Positions 24,961 through 38,297 are shown, numbered from the whole stretch's first letter. The stretch: DNA of 63,618 nucleotides, filler included, from Octopus bimaculoides (GCF_001194135.2; 5 parts of 5 records of this genome joined end to end with filler, not necessarily neighbours in it); one strand, 5' to 3'. Numbers and translations are program-made. Notes: generated by a model not told the origin, from the letters alone.

Positions 24961-25434
24961 ATAATATTGACTTATGAAAGCGTTTGATATACTTTGTAGT
25001 ATATTATGGTTGCATAATGAAATACTGTGTCCCTGCAGGTCATTAAAATTATGTTTTCTTTTTTCTTTTGTAAAAGATTAACTGTAGCTCATGCATGTAA
25101 GATTCCCCTCTCCAAACCACCGATAATATTCGAGAAATGAGAGCAATGCCAACATTGTTTATTACATGTGTCATCGCAGACATTACCGCCAAAACTAAAA
25201 GAGTCGTAACTGATGTAGCAAGATATTCCATCCAGTGCTCTCCCTGTTTAACCAATCCACTGTGTCGGTATTTATTAAGTTCCCTATTAAACGTTTCGTC
25301 TGCTTCTTCACACCAATAATAACCCTGCAACTATTCCAGACAAGAGGGGTTCGACACCTTCAGATTTATAACGATAAAAATATATAAAATTATAGAACAA
25401 AATCCTTTGTTTTCTTGTTCATGGCCCTATTCGT

Positions 25435-25645
25435 TCTCTTTTATATTTTTAATCTTTTATTTGTTTCAATCATTGGACTGCTGCCTTGCTGAACCCCTGA
25501 TGGGTTCAGTCGAGCAAATCGACTTCAGTACTTATGTTTTCTTTTCAGTCTCATGCTTATTCTACCGGTCACTTTTTCCGGTCTGTTAATTTACACGGAC
25601 CTAAACAATCCAACACCGGTTATCAAGCGATGGTAGGGGACAAAC

Positions 25646-25711
<66 letters not shown>
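25435..25711 (-). mobile_element. SINE family A, 3' half running into (CA)n and a gap
   Basis: CGGTTATCAAGCGATGGT...GGACAAAC block. Confidence 0.75.
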
Positions 25712-26189
25712 NNNNNNNNNNNNNNNNNNNNNNNNNNNNNNNNNNNNNNNNNNNNNNNNNNNNNNNNNNNNNNNNNNNNNNNNNNNNNNNNNNNNNNNNN
25801 NNNNNNNNNNNNNNNNNNNNNNNNNNNNNNNNNNNNNNNNNNNNNNNNNNNNNNNNNNNNNNNNNNNNNNNNNNNNNNNNNNNNNNNNNNNNNNNNNNNN
25901 NNNNNNNNNNNNNNNNNNNNNNNNNNNNNNNNNNNNNNNNNNNNNNNNNNNNNNNNNNNNNNNNNNNNNNNNNNNNNNNNNNNNNNNNNNNNNNNNNNNN
26001 NNNNNNNNNNNNNNNNNNNNNNNNNNNNNNNNNNNNNNNNNNNNNNNNNNNNNNNNNNNNNNNNNNNNNNNNNNNNNNNNNNNNNNNNNNNNNNNNNNNN
26101 NNNNNNNNNNNNNNNNNNNNNNNNNNNNNNNNNNNNNNNNNNNNNNNNNNNNNNNNNNNNNNNNNNNNNNNNNNNNNNNNNNNNNNNNN

Positions 26190-26274
26190 TTCTTCTTCTT
26201 CTTCTTCTTCTTCTTCTTCTTCTTCTTCTTCTTCTTCTTCTTCTTCTTCTTCTTCTTCTTCTTCTTCTTCTTCT
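26190..26274. repeat. (TTC)n microsatellite
   Basis: Seen directly. Confidence 0.98.
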
Positions 26275-27280
26275 CAGTGTTACTTGACCTTAAAAATACC
26301 AAGTTGTTGATTTTTTTCTCTCTCTCCGTCTCTCCTTCCTTCGAAATGTTATCCACCATTTCCTTCTCCAACAAAACATTCCAGTGTATTTACTTGTTCT
26401 TAAGCAAAAAGAAAGAAAAAAAACAAACAAAAAACCCCACCTCATCGGGAATCGTGTACATAGAAAATATTTGGCTGTTTGGATCCTTGTAAATTTGTGA
26501 CTACAAAAACGTATGACAAAATGCACCAGACTCTAGTTTCTCAGTAATAAGTAAGCAGCCAAGGCATGTTGAAACAATGTTTAAGAGTGAAATTACTAAA
26601 TGGTTGACATTTTCTTTCGTTTGTTCTGGGTTGGGCACATCAACGCTATCAATGTTACAATTCCAGTTAGGTATATTGACAAATTAATGTGAAAACTTGG
26701 ATGAAGATTAAGTAATGTTTGCTATTAGGCTGACTATTTGCTTTCATTTTCAATCGATGTTATATATTTAGGTATTCGCTATTCTCTGTTTATTCGCGTG
26801 GAATATTTGATTTTGAAGTTGGATTTAAGCATTTGCATAAAAATCTCCGGTGAACGTAATTTAAACTGAAGTGCAATTTACGTGGCGCTAGAAAGAAAGA
26901 TTCACACCTGTGTTACGGTTATGTTCCTTCTACAAGTTGACAAAGTACACATTTTGATTACCTGCTGACTGACTATTGGCTCAAATTATGGAGTATATCT
27001 TCAACTCAAGGATGGCTGAGGAAAGAAAGAAATGTATAAAGAAAAACAGGGAAAAACAAAAACAGAAACTGTTTAAAAAAACATGAAAAGTAAATAAAGA
27101 ACATGAAATAATGGTTCTAAATTCTAAGATTTTCTTTGATGATTCAATAAAAAGAATTTCCTAATTTATATAAAATATGCTGTTTTACGCGCTATTTTAC
27201 GAATATTTTCGATTCTATAGGAAAGCCGATAGAGGCATATACATGTACATGCACCTTCGACCTACGCACACACAAACACG

Positions 27281-27316
<36 letters not shown>

Positions 27317-27374
27317 NNNNNNNNNNCACGTGAGCATATATATATGTGTATGTATACACATATGTATGTATCTT

Positions 27375-27853
27375 ATACTTTTATCGTTTGCTTGTTTCGG
27401 TCATTAGACTGCGACCATGCTGGGGCACACCCTGACGAATATTTAGTCGAATAAATCGACCCAGGTACATGTTTTATTTTTTAAGCCTGGTAGTTGCTCT
27501 GTCAGTCTGCTTTGCCGAACAACTAAGTTACGGAGACGTAATCATTTCAACACCGGTTGTCAAGCACAGACACACACACAGACACACACGCACACAGAGA
27601 GAGACATATATATATACACACACATATATATATCTTTTATTTCTTTTACTTGTTTCAGACATTTGGCTGCGGTCATGCTGGATTACCGCCCTCAGTCGAA
27701 CAAATCGACCCCCAAAACTTAATATTTGTAAGTCTAGTACCTATTCTATTGGTCTCTTTTGCCGAACTGTTAAATTACAAGGACATAAACACGTCAACAT
27801 CGATGTCATATGAAAGGGTGGGAGGCAAACACACACACACACACACACACACA
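27375..27853 (-). mobile_element. Two adjacent SINE family A 3' halves (27375-27575, 27632-27853)
   Basis: Both carry GACTGCG(A/G)CCATGCTGG- and AAATCGACCCC-like blocks. Confidence 0.8.
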
Positions 27854-28984
27854 NNNNNNNNNNNNNNNNNNNNNNNNNNNNNNNNNNNNNNNNNNNNNNN
27901 NNNNNNNNNNNNNNNNNNNNNNNNNNNNNNNNNNNNNNNNNNNNNNNNNNNNNNNNNNNNNNNNNNNNNNNNNNNNNNNNNNNNNNNNNNNNNNNNNNNN
28001 NNNNNNNNNNNNNNNNNNNNNNNNNNNNNNNNNNNNNNNNNNNNNNNNNNNNNNNNNNNNNNNNNNNNNNNNNNNNNNNNNNNNNNNNNNNNNNNNNNNN
28101 NNNNNNNNNNNNNNNNNNNNNNNNNNNNNNNNNNNNNNNNNNNNNNNNNNNNNNNNNNNNNNNNNNNNNNNNNNNNNNNNNNNNNNNNNNNNNNNNNNNN
28201 NNNNNNNNNNNNNNNNNNNNNNNNNNNNNNNNNNNNNNNNNNNNNNNNNNNNNNNNNNNNNNNNNNNNNNNNNNNNNNNNNNNNNNNNNNNNNNNNNNNN
28301 NNNNNNNNNNNNNNNNNNNNNNNNNNNNNNNNNNNNNNNNNNNNNNNNNNNNNNNNNNNNNNNNNNNNNNNNNNNNNNNNNNNNNNNNNNNNNNNNNNNN
28401 NNNNNNNNNNNNNNNNNNNNNNNNNNNNNNNNNNNNNNNNNNNNACTTAGCGCCATGCTCATCTCTCACACTGATGTTGTCAGTTTCAATAAAAGATATT
28501 CCAGCAATATGATGCGTTTTTCACATTTTCTAACCGTGAAAATAATTTCATAAAACTTGAAAGTTTAATACTGTAGACTCGTACATGTAGTTTTAAATGT
28601 AAAAAGTGTGACATCTTCAATAGAATTTCTTAATTTGTCGTACATGTATATTTTAGCTAACATTTTAATTGCCAGCAGCAGTACCCAGTACGAATTTAAA
28701 ACATGGTACGGTAGGGTAGGGTATTAAGATATTTTAAATGAGGAGGATGGTCAATGCAGAAGGAGAAGTGGCTAAAGTGGGTCGATGGTCAAAAAAGTTT
28801 GGTGACCCCCGGCCTATATATATACAAAATCAAGGATAAAACCACTCTAGTGATTTTATCAAGTGGCCAGCGTGAAATAAAAAAAACCATAACGGAGTGT
28901 AGATGTGGTTTTTAGAGCCATTTGGCGTCTATTTTTAGTGTGTTGGTGGGGTTTATCTGCACCCTTTAATACAATTACATTATT

Positions 28985-29362
28985 TTCTTTTATTCTTTCA
29001 TTTGTTTCAGTCATTTGACTGCGGCCATGTAGGAGCACCGCTTTTAGTCAAACAAATCAACCTCAGGACTTATTTTTTGTGAACCTAATACTTATTTGGC
29101 CGAACCGCTAATTTACGGGAACGCAAACACACCAACATCGGTTGTCAAACGATGGTGATGGACAAACACAGACACACAAACACACCACACACACATATAC
29201 GACGGGCTTCTTTCAGTTTCCGTCTACCAAATCCACTCACGAGGCTTTGGTTGGCCCGAGTCTATAGTAGAAGACACTTCCCCAAGGTGTCACGCAGTGG
29301 GACTGAACCCGGAACCATGTGGTTGGTAATCAATCTACTTACCACACAGTCATTCCTGCGCC
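28985..29362 (-). mobile_element. SINE family A, essentially complete copy
   Basis: Head GGCGCAGGAATGACTGTGTGGTAAG...GGTTCAGTCCC, short internal (TG/TA) tract, 3' half and tail all contiguous. Confidence 0.9.
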
Positions 29363-29954
29363 TATATACTTTTAAATTAGTATAAATTGTAACCTGTATG
29401 GTTTTTGCTTCACGCTGGTCACTTGATAAAATCATTAAAGTAATTTTATGCTTGATTTTGTATAAAAAATACACATTTGCTCCTGATCAAATTGCATTTG
29501 CTGCGACAACAAAAGATATCTAAAGAAANNNNNNNNNNNNNNNNNNNNNNNNNNNNNNNNNNNNNNNNNNNNNNNNNNNNNNNNNNNNNNNNNNNNNNNN
29601 NNNNNNNNNNNNNNNNNNNNNNNNNNNNNNNNNNNNNNNNNNNNNNNNNNNNNNNNNNNNNNNNNNNNNNNNNNNNNNNNNNNNNNNNNNNNNNNNNNNN
29701 NNNNNNNNNNNNNNNNNNNNNNNNNNNNNNNNNNNNNNNNNNNNNNNNNNNNNNNNNNNNNNNNNNNNNNNNNNNNNNNNNNNNNNNNNNNNNNNNNNNN
29801 NNNNNNNNNNNNNNNNNNNNNNNNNNNNNNNNNNNNNNNNNNNNNNNNNNNNNNNNNNNNNNNNNNNNNNNNNNNNNNNNNNNNNNNNNNNNNNNNNATA
29901 TATATATATATATATACAAACATATATATGTGTATATATCATATATAAGTGGGT

Positions 29955-30192
29955 ATTTGGGTGAAGGTGTCGGTATCTGTTCCTCCCTGCTCACCGCTTG
30001 ACAACCGGTATTGGTTTGTTTGTTACCGTAAATTCACGGCTCGACAAAAGAAACCGAAAGATTAAGTACCAGGCTGAGAAAAAAATCTGTACGTAGGGAG
30101 TCGATTTGCTCAACTAAAAAGAAAACACCCTTGAATGCATTACCCCAGCATGACCACAGTCCAATGGCTGAAACAAGTAAAAGATAAAAGAT
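29955..30192 (+). mobile_element. SINE family A, 3' half, tail-to-tail with the RTE LINE
   Basis: CGCTTGACAACCGG...GCTGAAACAAGTAAAAGATAAAAGATA. Confidence 0.8.
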
Positions 30193-30197
30193 ATATA

Positions 30198-33100
30198 ATG
30201 AACTCTTCCGTCGGTTTCGACGTATGAGGATCCAAAACCTAATCTTTGTCAGTCATAATGCTTATGTCGAATGTGACATTTAAGTCCCGCCACCGATTTG
30301 CAAAAAAGCCTACAGATCCTGCAAGTATGAGGATTACAGATCAGTACAAGTGGTATATTTGCAGCCGCTTTTCTCCTTTGCTTTGCACCCCGAAGCCTGT
30401 TAATGCTAGTTGCAATAAAGATTCTAATACCATTTTGACATAGCGATCTCCATTTTGTTCGTTCAAAGGCTGTTCGCTCAAAGGTGTTATGAGCTACCTT
30501 CATTGCTAAGAGGTTATTCTTCAGCTTGTTATTATATCTGAGTCATGGTCGACCAACATTTCTGTGCCTACTTTCAAGCTGGCTGTACATAAGGATTTTG
30601 TGTATTCTTTTGTCACTCATCCTGGCGACATGGCCAGCCCGGCGCAATTGCGATTGCATAAGGAAGCTCTTGATTCCACCAATCTTACACTTGCTAAACA
30701 GGTTGGTATTGAAACTCAGTCTTTTAGTGAATAACCGCCATACAAGGGAGTAGTAAGAATGGCAACTTTCTAGACCTGTAGTTTGGTGTCAAGTCTGATG
30801 CCCCTTTCATTCCAGAGGCAATGACGGAGTTTGCCAAATGCGTTGGTTGCCTTTGCAAGACTGTTGACGATTTCATCATCAAGAGAAGCGCTCAAATTCA
30901 CTTTACTACCAAAATTTAAGCTTTTCCCATCAACCTGTATAGGAGTGTCAGGAAAATTATGAACCGGTGGCCTCTGCTTGACACCTCGAATTTGTTTAAG
31001 AGTAGGGCAAAGTTGGTGGATTACTTCCGTCTTCTTTATACTGATGGTCAAAACAAAGGCTTTACATGCAGCAAAAAACCGGTTTAGAAGTTCCTGAGCT
31101 TCCACTAAGGAAGTCACTACTAGTGCAGCGTCATCTGCAAAAAGTAAACCACGAATGATACTGGTGCGTAGCAGTGTTCTGGCTTTGAAACACTGATGAT
31201 CGAAAAGTCCACCACTTGTTCGAAACTGGAATTCGATACCACTTTGTATGTCACCAAAAGCATACCTCAGCGTCACTGAAAAGAGTGCAAACAAAACGGG
31301 AGCGATAACATAACCTTGCTTTGTGCCATTTGTAACGTCGAAGGAAGCTGAAGATTCTCCACCGGACACGACAGCATCCTTCATTCCCACATGAAAGGAG
31401 ACGATAACATTCAACATCCTATGAGGTATATCAAGCTTTTTCAGAATTTTCCATAGTGCTTGTTGGTTAACAGTGTCGAAGGCCTTTGTAAGGTCATCGA
31501 ATATCAAGAACAACTCTTGATTTTTCTCACGTACCTTCTCCATGACTTCTCGGGGGGNNNNNNNNNNNNNNNCGTCGATAGTGCCACGACCAGAGCGAAA
31601 TTCACACTGTAATTCTGGGTAGATATAATTTACAACGTGTTTGATGATCCTGTCAAGCATGAGTCGAGCAAGAATCTTACCAGCGATAGACAGAAGCGAT
31701 ATTCCACGATGATTATCACAGACACTTCTGTTTCTTTTGTTCTTATACAGATGTTGGATTGGGGCAGCCTTGAAGTCCTGTGGTACATGGCCTACCATCC
31801 AAATATCTATGAAGAGGTCATGCAGTTTCTTTAAAAGCTTCTGTTCACCATGCTTGTAGATTTCAGGAGGGACAGCATCCCTGCCAAGTGCTTTACTAGA
31901 AGAGATCTGTTTAACAGAGTTTATCACTTCCAAGGAAAGTTGGCTCCAGAGACAATTTCACTATTTCAGTTTGCTGTGGAATAGACATTATAACGTCATC
32001 ATTAGTGACTGAGGTGGAGTTCAACATGTCTTCGAAGTGATCTTTCCATCGTTTCAAGATGTCAGATTTGTCAGTCAGGAATGTCTCTCTATTCGATGAA
32101 AAAATAGGAGTAACACCGCGCTCTTGAGGACCATACACTTTCTTGAGGCCATCATAAAAGGCTTTAGAATCCTTTCTGTCTGCAGTTTCTTAGAGTTCAG
32201 TAGCCTTGGAAGACTACTATGACTCCTTCATCTGTCTCTGAGCATGCTGGATCTGGCCTCTGCATTTCTTGTAGGCATTCTCTTTTTTGAATGAGCTCTT
32301 ATCATTTATCCCTGTTTTGTGAGAGTTGTGCATTTTATCTGTCAGCTGTTGGACATTCATCTTGTTATCGTTGAGCCAATCTTGATGTTTACGAATAGCA
32401 AATCTAAGAACCTCTACAGATGCAGAGTGCGTTGCATCACGCAGATCCTTCCAAGATGATTCTATGTCATCAGTAATATAAACAGTGCTGAGTGCAGCGT
32501 TCAACTTGATAGAGGGCTCAGCCTGCTTTTCAGTAATTTTCAAAGGTAGTACATTAATGCGCTTAGGCACTGATGACTTTTGTAGTTTTGTGTTTCAGTC
32601 TTGTGTTTCAGAGAATGGTCAGAGAGATAGCAGGTGTTATGAAAGGAACGTGTAATGTTAAAGATCCAAATATCTCGTTTCTTAATGATAGCATTGTTTA
32701 TGAGATGCCAATCCTTGAAAAAAGGTATTTGTGATGCTTAGACTGAATTCCCTGCAGATGGAGAGAACACGCAGACCGCTGGAGTTCATTCGACCTACAC
32801 ATTGTCGACCAAGTACACCCTCCCATGCCTGATAGTCAGTACCAACACGAGCGTTGAAGTCGCCCATAAGGATAAGTTTATCCCTATGGTGACAACTGGA
32901 GATGACATCACGGAGTTGGTTGTAAAATTCATCCTTTTCCTGCTCGTTGCTGGCCATGGTTGTGGCATAGCAACTGACAAACGTAGAACGAGTGTTGTGA
33001 TGAAGTTCCAACGTTAGTGTTATGATGCGATCAGAAATACCTTTGGGTAGAGACAGACGGGATTTAGTTATACCCGTCTTGATGGCAAAACCAACACCAA

Positions 33101-33997
33101 AGTGGCGTGGCTCGTCTTCTACACCAGAAAAATATGTATCCACCTTTACTTTCTTCTAACTTTGATGATCCCGCAAGACGAGTTTCACTAAGTTCAGGTA
33201 TGTCAATGTTGTATTTCTTTAGTTCAAGGGCAACCAGTGTTGTTCGTTCTGGTGCTGAGCGACTGTCTTGGAGAGTGCGCACATTCCAAGAACCAAGGTT
33301 AATATTCTTAGATTTCTTCGTGCTTTGACTGCGTTTCTGAATAACCAGATAGCTGAAGCGGGGAAGCGGGTTGCCAAGTTAAAGGTGAGTAAGCAATGTT
33401 TGGGGCTCCTTTTCTCGCCCCTCCCCTTGTTGGAGAAAGTAGTGCTGTGGCTAAATAGACCTTCTTTGTCACTACTGAAGGACATGGACAGCACAACTTC
33501 TGTGCTGGAACGGCCATCACCCAATGGTCGCCGACTGTGTCGAGGTTCAGCAAGAGACTTCCAGTAATATCCTTTATCTGTCCCTGCCACCTTCACTCTC
33601 TCGCTAGAGGATTTTTGTTTTCGCAAGCTGAAGCTGTACCGTTTTGTATGAATAAATGTAAGTTGTTAGAAAACCCACACATACGATTTGATTTGAGTGT
33701 TGAAGGCTTGTGTAGAACCAGCCACACATTTTGGAAGTGAAGATAGCAAGAATATGGTGCACATATGAGCCACAATACCAAGAATAACACACCTCAGGCT
33801 TTTTCTTCAGAAGTTTTCATCTCCTAGACAAACTGCTATAAACAAACTGGAGGGCCGAGTCTACCTTATAAGTCAGAGTTTGCTAATAGTATAGCCCTGT
33901 TAAGGAGAGCCTCAACAACGAAAGACCTGGCTTTATGTCAGAGTCACCCTCTCCTAGATGGGATGCCTTCACCGCGGTTAATGAGCTCCATCTGCCC
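30198..33997 (-). mobile_element. Near full-length decayed RTE-clade LINE (APE endonuclease + RT + C-terminal C2H2-like motif)
   Basis: GSWNVRTL, ETRL, FGVGFAI, MGDFNARVG (APE); YKNKRNRSVCDNHRGISLLS, DLTKAFDTV, LLFADD (RT); CRICRLFCKSVAGLKCH; many frameshifts and stops; 5' boundary uncertain. Confidence 0.95.
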
Positions 33998-34060
33998 ACT
34001 AAAATAAGAAATTAAATACATCAAATTTAGAATACAAGATACGATCAAACAGTATGTATG

Positions 34061-34132
<72 letters not shown>

Positions 34133-34139
34133 CACACAT

Positions 34140-34311
34140 ATTGTTGGATGGCCGTTGACTACTCATGAGTTCCTCCGCCCTTTATGATAGGTTTAATTTT
34201 TATTTTTTGTCCTGCAGGATGTCCAACAATCACTCTCCTCATCAAGCAAGCTTGGTGGAGTTGCCAGTTTAGTCGCCCACAACCCGACCATGCATCACAT
34301 TGTACTGGGTT

Positions 34312-34313
<2 letters not shown>
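34140..34313 (-). mobile_element. Possible further 5' UTR of the RTE element, separated by an (AT)n tract
   Basis: Position upstream of the LINE, higher GC, partial HDV-like pairing. Confidence 0.35.
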
Positions 34314-34362
<49 letters not shown>

Positions 34363-34398
34363 NNNNNNNNNNNNNNNNNNNNNNNNNNNNNNNNNNNN

Positions 34399-34432
<34 letters not shown>

Positions 34433-34624
34433 ATCGGATTGTTAAAAAGTTTAACATGCTTATTGCAGTGAGCATTCAGCATTATTGTTTTATAACGTTT
34501 GTGATCTAAATTCTTGGAAGCCTTACATACAAAATTGATTTGTTTGCGCTCTTCAAGGAACTCTTTCTTTTTTCGATGTTATAACGGACAATTAATAAAG
34601 TTGATATATTTTATTGTTGCAGGC

Positions 34625-34790
34625 AGGTCTTTACGTTCTGAGTTCAAATTCAGGTCAACTTAGCCTTTCATCCTTTCGGGGTCGATAAAACAAGTACCAG
34701 TTGAGCACTGGGGTCGAGGTAATCGACTTACCCTTTCTCCAAAATTGCTGGCCTTGTGCTAAAATTTAAAATCAATATATTTGGTTGTTG
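34625..34790 (+). mobile_element. SINE family B, 5'-truncated; inverted partial copy at ~34835-34915
   Basis: GAGTTCAAATTC B-box, TTTCATCCTTTCGGGGTCGATAAA, AAGTACCAGTTGAGCACTGGGGTCGA. Confidence 0.85.
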
Positions 34791-37659
34791 CAAGCAGGTC
34801 TTTTGGTAGAATATTTCTTTTATGATAATTGATTCTTTTACTTTTTTACCGACCTCAGAAGGGTGAAAGGCAAAGCTGACCTCGGCGGGATTTGGACACA
34901 GAACATAGATTCGGACCATATACCACAAGACATTTTAATTTTATGCCTCATTCTTCCTGATCTTTAACTTCTTTATATGATCTGGGATTATTCTATTAGG
35001 TTTTTGAGTTTCTTCCAAACACTAACCCCACTCGTTTCCGAAAAAAATAAACCCTGTTTCTTTGGAACCAACACGTTCTGTTTCAGAAAGGTCTAGTGAT
35101 TATATAACAAAAAATAAATATAAATATCTAAAGTAAAGTTTTACTTTACTTTCACCTATTCGAATAGATTTATGATGAAAGACAACTCAATTATGACCAC
35201 CCTGCCTTTTCCCGACATATTCTATCTAGAATTACATTATCCAAATGTGTTTTCCCTTATTCAAAGGCGACAGGGTGTGATTAAAGGAAGATTTTCAGGA
35301 ATTCTATGATGAATCGTTTACATGATACATACAAGTAAAAGTATTCCTTATATCTATTCAAAACTTGTTGTTTTTCTTCTGTATTTGTTTTCGTAGATAA
35401 ATCAACGTCTTAGTTGAGTTTTTGTCATCACTTCTCTATTGCTAGTCGTGTGCTTGCTAAGTTATTTTTAAACTAAACGTACACAAACAGCATGACAGCT
35501 TGAATAGTGTTCGGTACATTCAATCTATTTAATGTATTTTGTTTGCTTTTGGCGTTTTTATTTTCATTATTTAGGAATGAGTTTCTGTTTCAGAAAATTT
35601 GTATATTTAAACAATTAGCACCGGTCGTCTCCAAACAAATATCCTGTTTAGAATTTACGTAACAACATTTACAGAATATCCTTTTTAGCACCGCCACCAT
35701 TCGCCTAAAGCATTCAGTTAGCCAACTATATGTCACTTTGCCAAGCCTGTCAAGCAGTGAACAGTATTAACATAAAAGTTGTAACGTCCTGAGTGGATCA
35801 CAACACAGATCTATTCTTTCACTTTCTACTTCAGTCACTGTTTCCCACACCTCTTGAAACCATTCTTAGAAATGAATTGTCACTTGTATACTTCCGCAGC
35901 TTTTTATTACTTCCAATCCTAAATGAGTCACCAAGAAATCACGTTTCAAAGCAGAACTCCTCAACCGTTTTTGCTTTTTGCATCCACTTCGATCTTTTTA
36001 CTACATACATGCACACATACATAATAGATAGATAGATAGATACACACATACATACATACATACATACATACATACATACATACATACATACATACAATAT
36101 TCATTTCAACAAGGTATATGACTAAAAGAACTGGAGCAGGACTATGCAGACATGTCCTGCAAAAGCAATATGAAATAGTCGGCGACATAATGGATACAGT
36201 TCTACCAAAAATGTCAAACAGGAAACTCCCGGGCCCATACCTCATAACAGGTTACTGACTGAAGAATTTACCTTTTATTTTCGGCGAGATCTCATGCGGT
36301 TGTGTCAAGGGCACACGAGAACTGCACCAATAGTTATCAACTGCAGCTAATCTCTATATTCTTCCTCGCTCACTCCATCGAGAAGGAATCGGGCCGTCAC
36401 CGAGCGGTGGTTCATTATCTGGTGCGAAGCGCGCAGTGCATGTCGAGCGCCTCTGCGGGCGCCGACGCAGCCGATGCGCGACCTTTCGCCCGTCTAGAAA
36501 AACAGCCAACAACTGATGAAGGGTCGTTCTTTATGCTGTTTGATTTGTTTTCCATGTGTGTCTTTCGTTGTTCGAAAGAATAGTCCATGCTCCATGTACG
36601 CGTGCTTCGTATTTTTTGTTGTACACGTTTCGTGACGTCCTGTGCCCACATATGCACATATATATATATATATATATATATATANNNNNNNNNNNNNNNN
36701 NNNNNNNNNNNNNNNNNNNNNNNNNNNNNNNNNNNNNNNNNNNNNNNNNNNNNNNNNNNNNNNNNNNNNNNNNNNNNNNNNNNNNNNNNNNNNNNNNNNN
36801 NNNNNNNNNNNNNNNNNNNNNNNNNNNNNNNNNNNNNNNNNNNNNNNNNNNNNNNNNNNNNNNNNNNNNNNNNNNNNNNNNNNNNNNNNNNNNNNNNNNN
36901 NNNNNNNNNNNNNNNNNNNNNNNNNNNNNNNNNNNNNNNNNNNNNNNNNNNNNNNNNNNNNNNNNNNNNNNNNNNNNNNNNNNNNNNNNNNNNNNNNNNN
37001 NNNNNNNNNNNNNNNNNNNNNNNNNNNNNNNNNNNNNNNNNNNNNNNNNNNNNNNNNNNNNNNNNNNNNNNNNNNNNNNNNNNNNNNNNNNNNNNNNNNN
37101 NNNNNNNNNNNNNNNNNNNNNNNNNNNNNNNNNNNNNNNNNNNNNNNNNNNNNNNNNNNNNNNNNNNNNNNNNNNNNNNNNNNNNNNNNNNNNNNNNNNN
37201 NNNNNNNNNNNNNNNNNNNNNNNNNNNNNNNNNNNNNNNNNNNNNNNNNNNNNNNNNNNNNNNNNNNNNNNNNNNNNNNNNNNNNNNNNNNNNNNNNNNN
37301 NNNNNNNNNNNNNNNNNNNNNNNNNNNNNNNNNNNNNNNNNNNNNNAAGGAACATCGCCCTAAAACAGCTGCTCAACACAAATCCACTTAAAATTTCATG
37401 AAACTAATTTTATCAACATAATCGCAACCGAAGACCTATTGAAAAAACAACACGTATTCTTTAGAAATCTGTAAAACTATGCCCTCTTATGTTAATTCCC
37501 TCTCTCTCTCTCCCCTTGTCTTCTTCTGTCTGTCTGTTTGTCAATATCTTTTTCTTTCATTCAGTCTCTCCCACTCCCACCACTTTATAAGCTGTACAAC
37601 GTGACTGGAAAAACCAGCCAGCTGACCTTTACGCTGATTATTATTAGAGTCAAGGTGTT

Positions 37660-38290
37660 AAGGCGGCGATCTGGCAGAATTGTTAGCATACAGGGCGAAA
37701 TGCTTAGCGGTATTTCGTCTGTCTTACGTTCTGAGTTCGAATTCCGACAAGGTCAACTTTACCTTTCATCCTTTCGGGTCGATGTAATCGACTATCTCTC
37801 GCCCCGCAAATTTCGGACCTTGTGCCTATAGTAGAAAGGATTATTAGAATTAAGGCGTTAAGGCAGTGAGCTGGCAGAATCGTTAGCACGCTGGACGAAA
37901 TGCTTAGCGGTATTTCGCCCGTCGCTACGTTTTGAGTTCATGTTCTGCCGAGGTCTGCTTTGCCTTTCATTCTTTTGGGGTCGATAAATTAAGTACCAGT
38001 TAAGTTCTGGGGTCGATATAATCGACTAGACCCCTCCCCCAACATTTCAGGCCTTGTACCTGTAATAGAAAGCATTAATGTATAGAATTAAGGCACTGAG
38101 CTGAGTCTCATGAGCACGTCTGACAAAATGCTTAGCGGCATTTTGTCCGTCTCTACGTTTTCAGTTCAAATTCCGGCGTGAACAACTTTGTCTTTCATCT
38201 TTTCGGATGACGATTAAATATGTACCAGTTGAGTACTGCGGTCAATATAATCGTCTTACCTCCTCACCGAACTTGCTAGTCATGTGCCAA
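37660..38290 (+). mobile_element. Three head-to-tail SINE family B copies
   Basis: Starts near 37660, 37860, 38090; each with AAATGCTTAGCGG and a B-box-like segment. Confidence 0.9.
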
Positions 38291-38297
38291 AATGTAC

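Noticed and set aside
25285-25325. Hammerhead-like GUGAAGA...GAAACGUU on the minus strand
   Set aside because: Core altered, and stems I and II do not pair convincingly
26190-26274. Poly-Ser or poly-Lys protein, and poly-Gln/Ser at 57691-57769
   Set aside because: Plain trinucleotide microsatellites with no coding context
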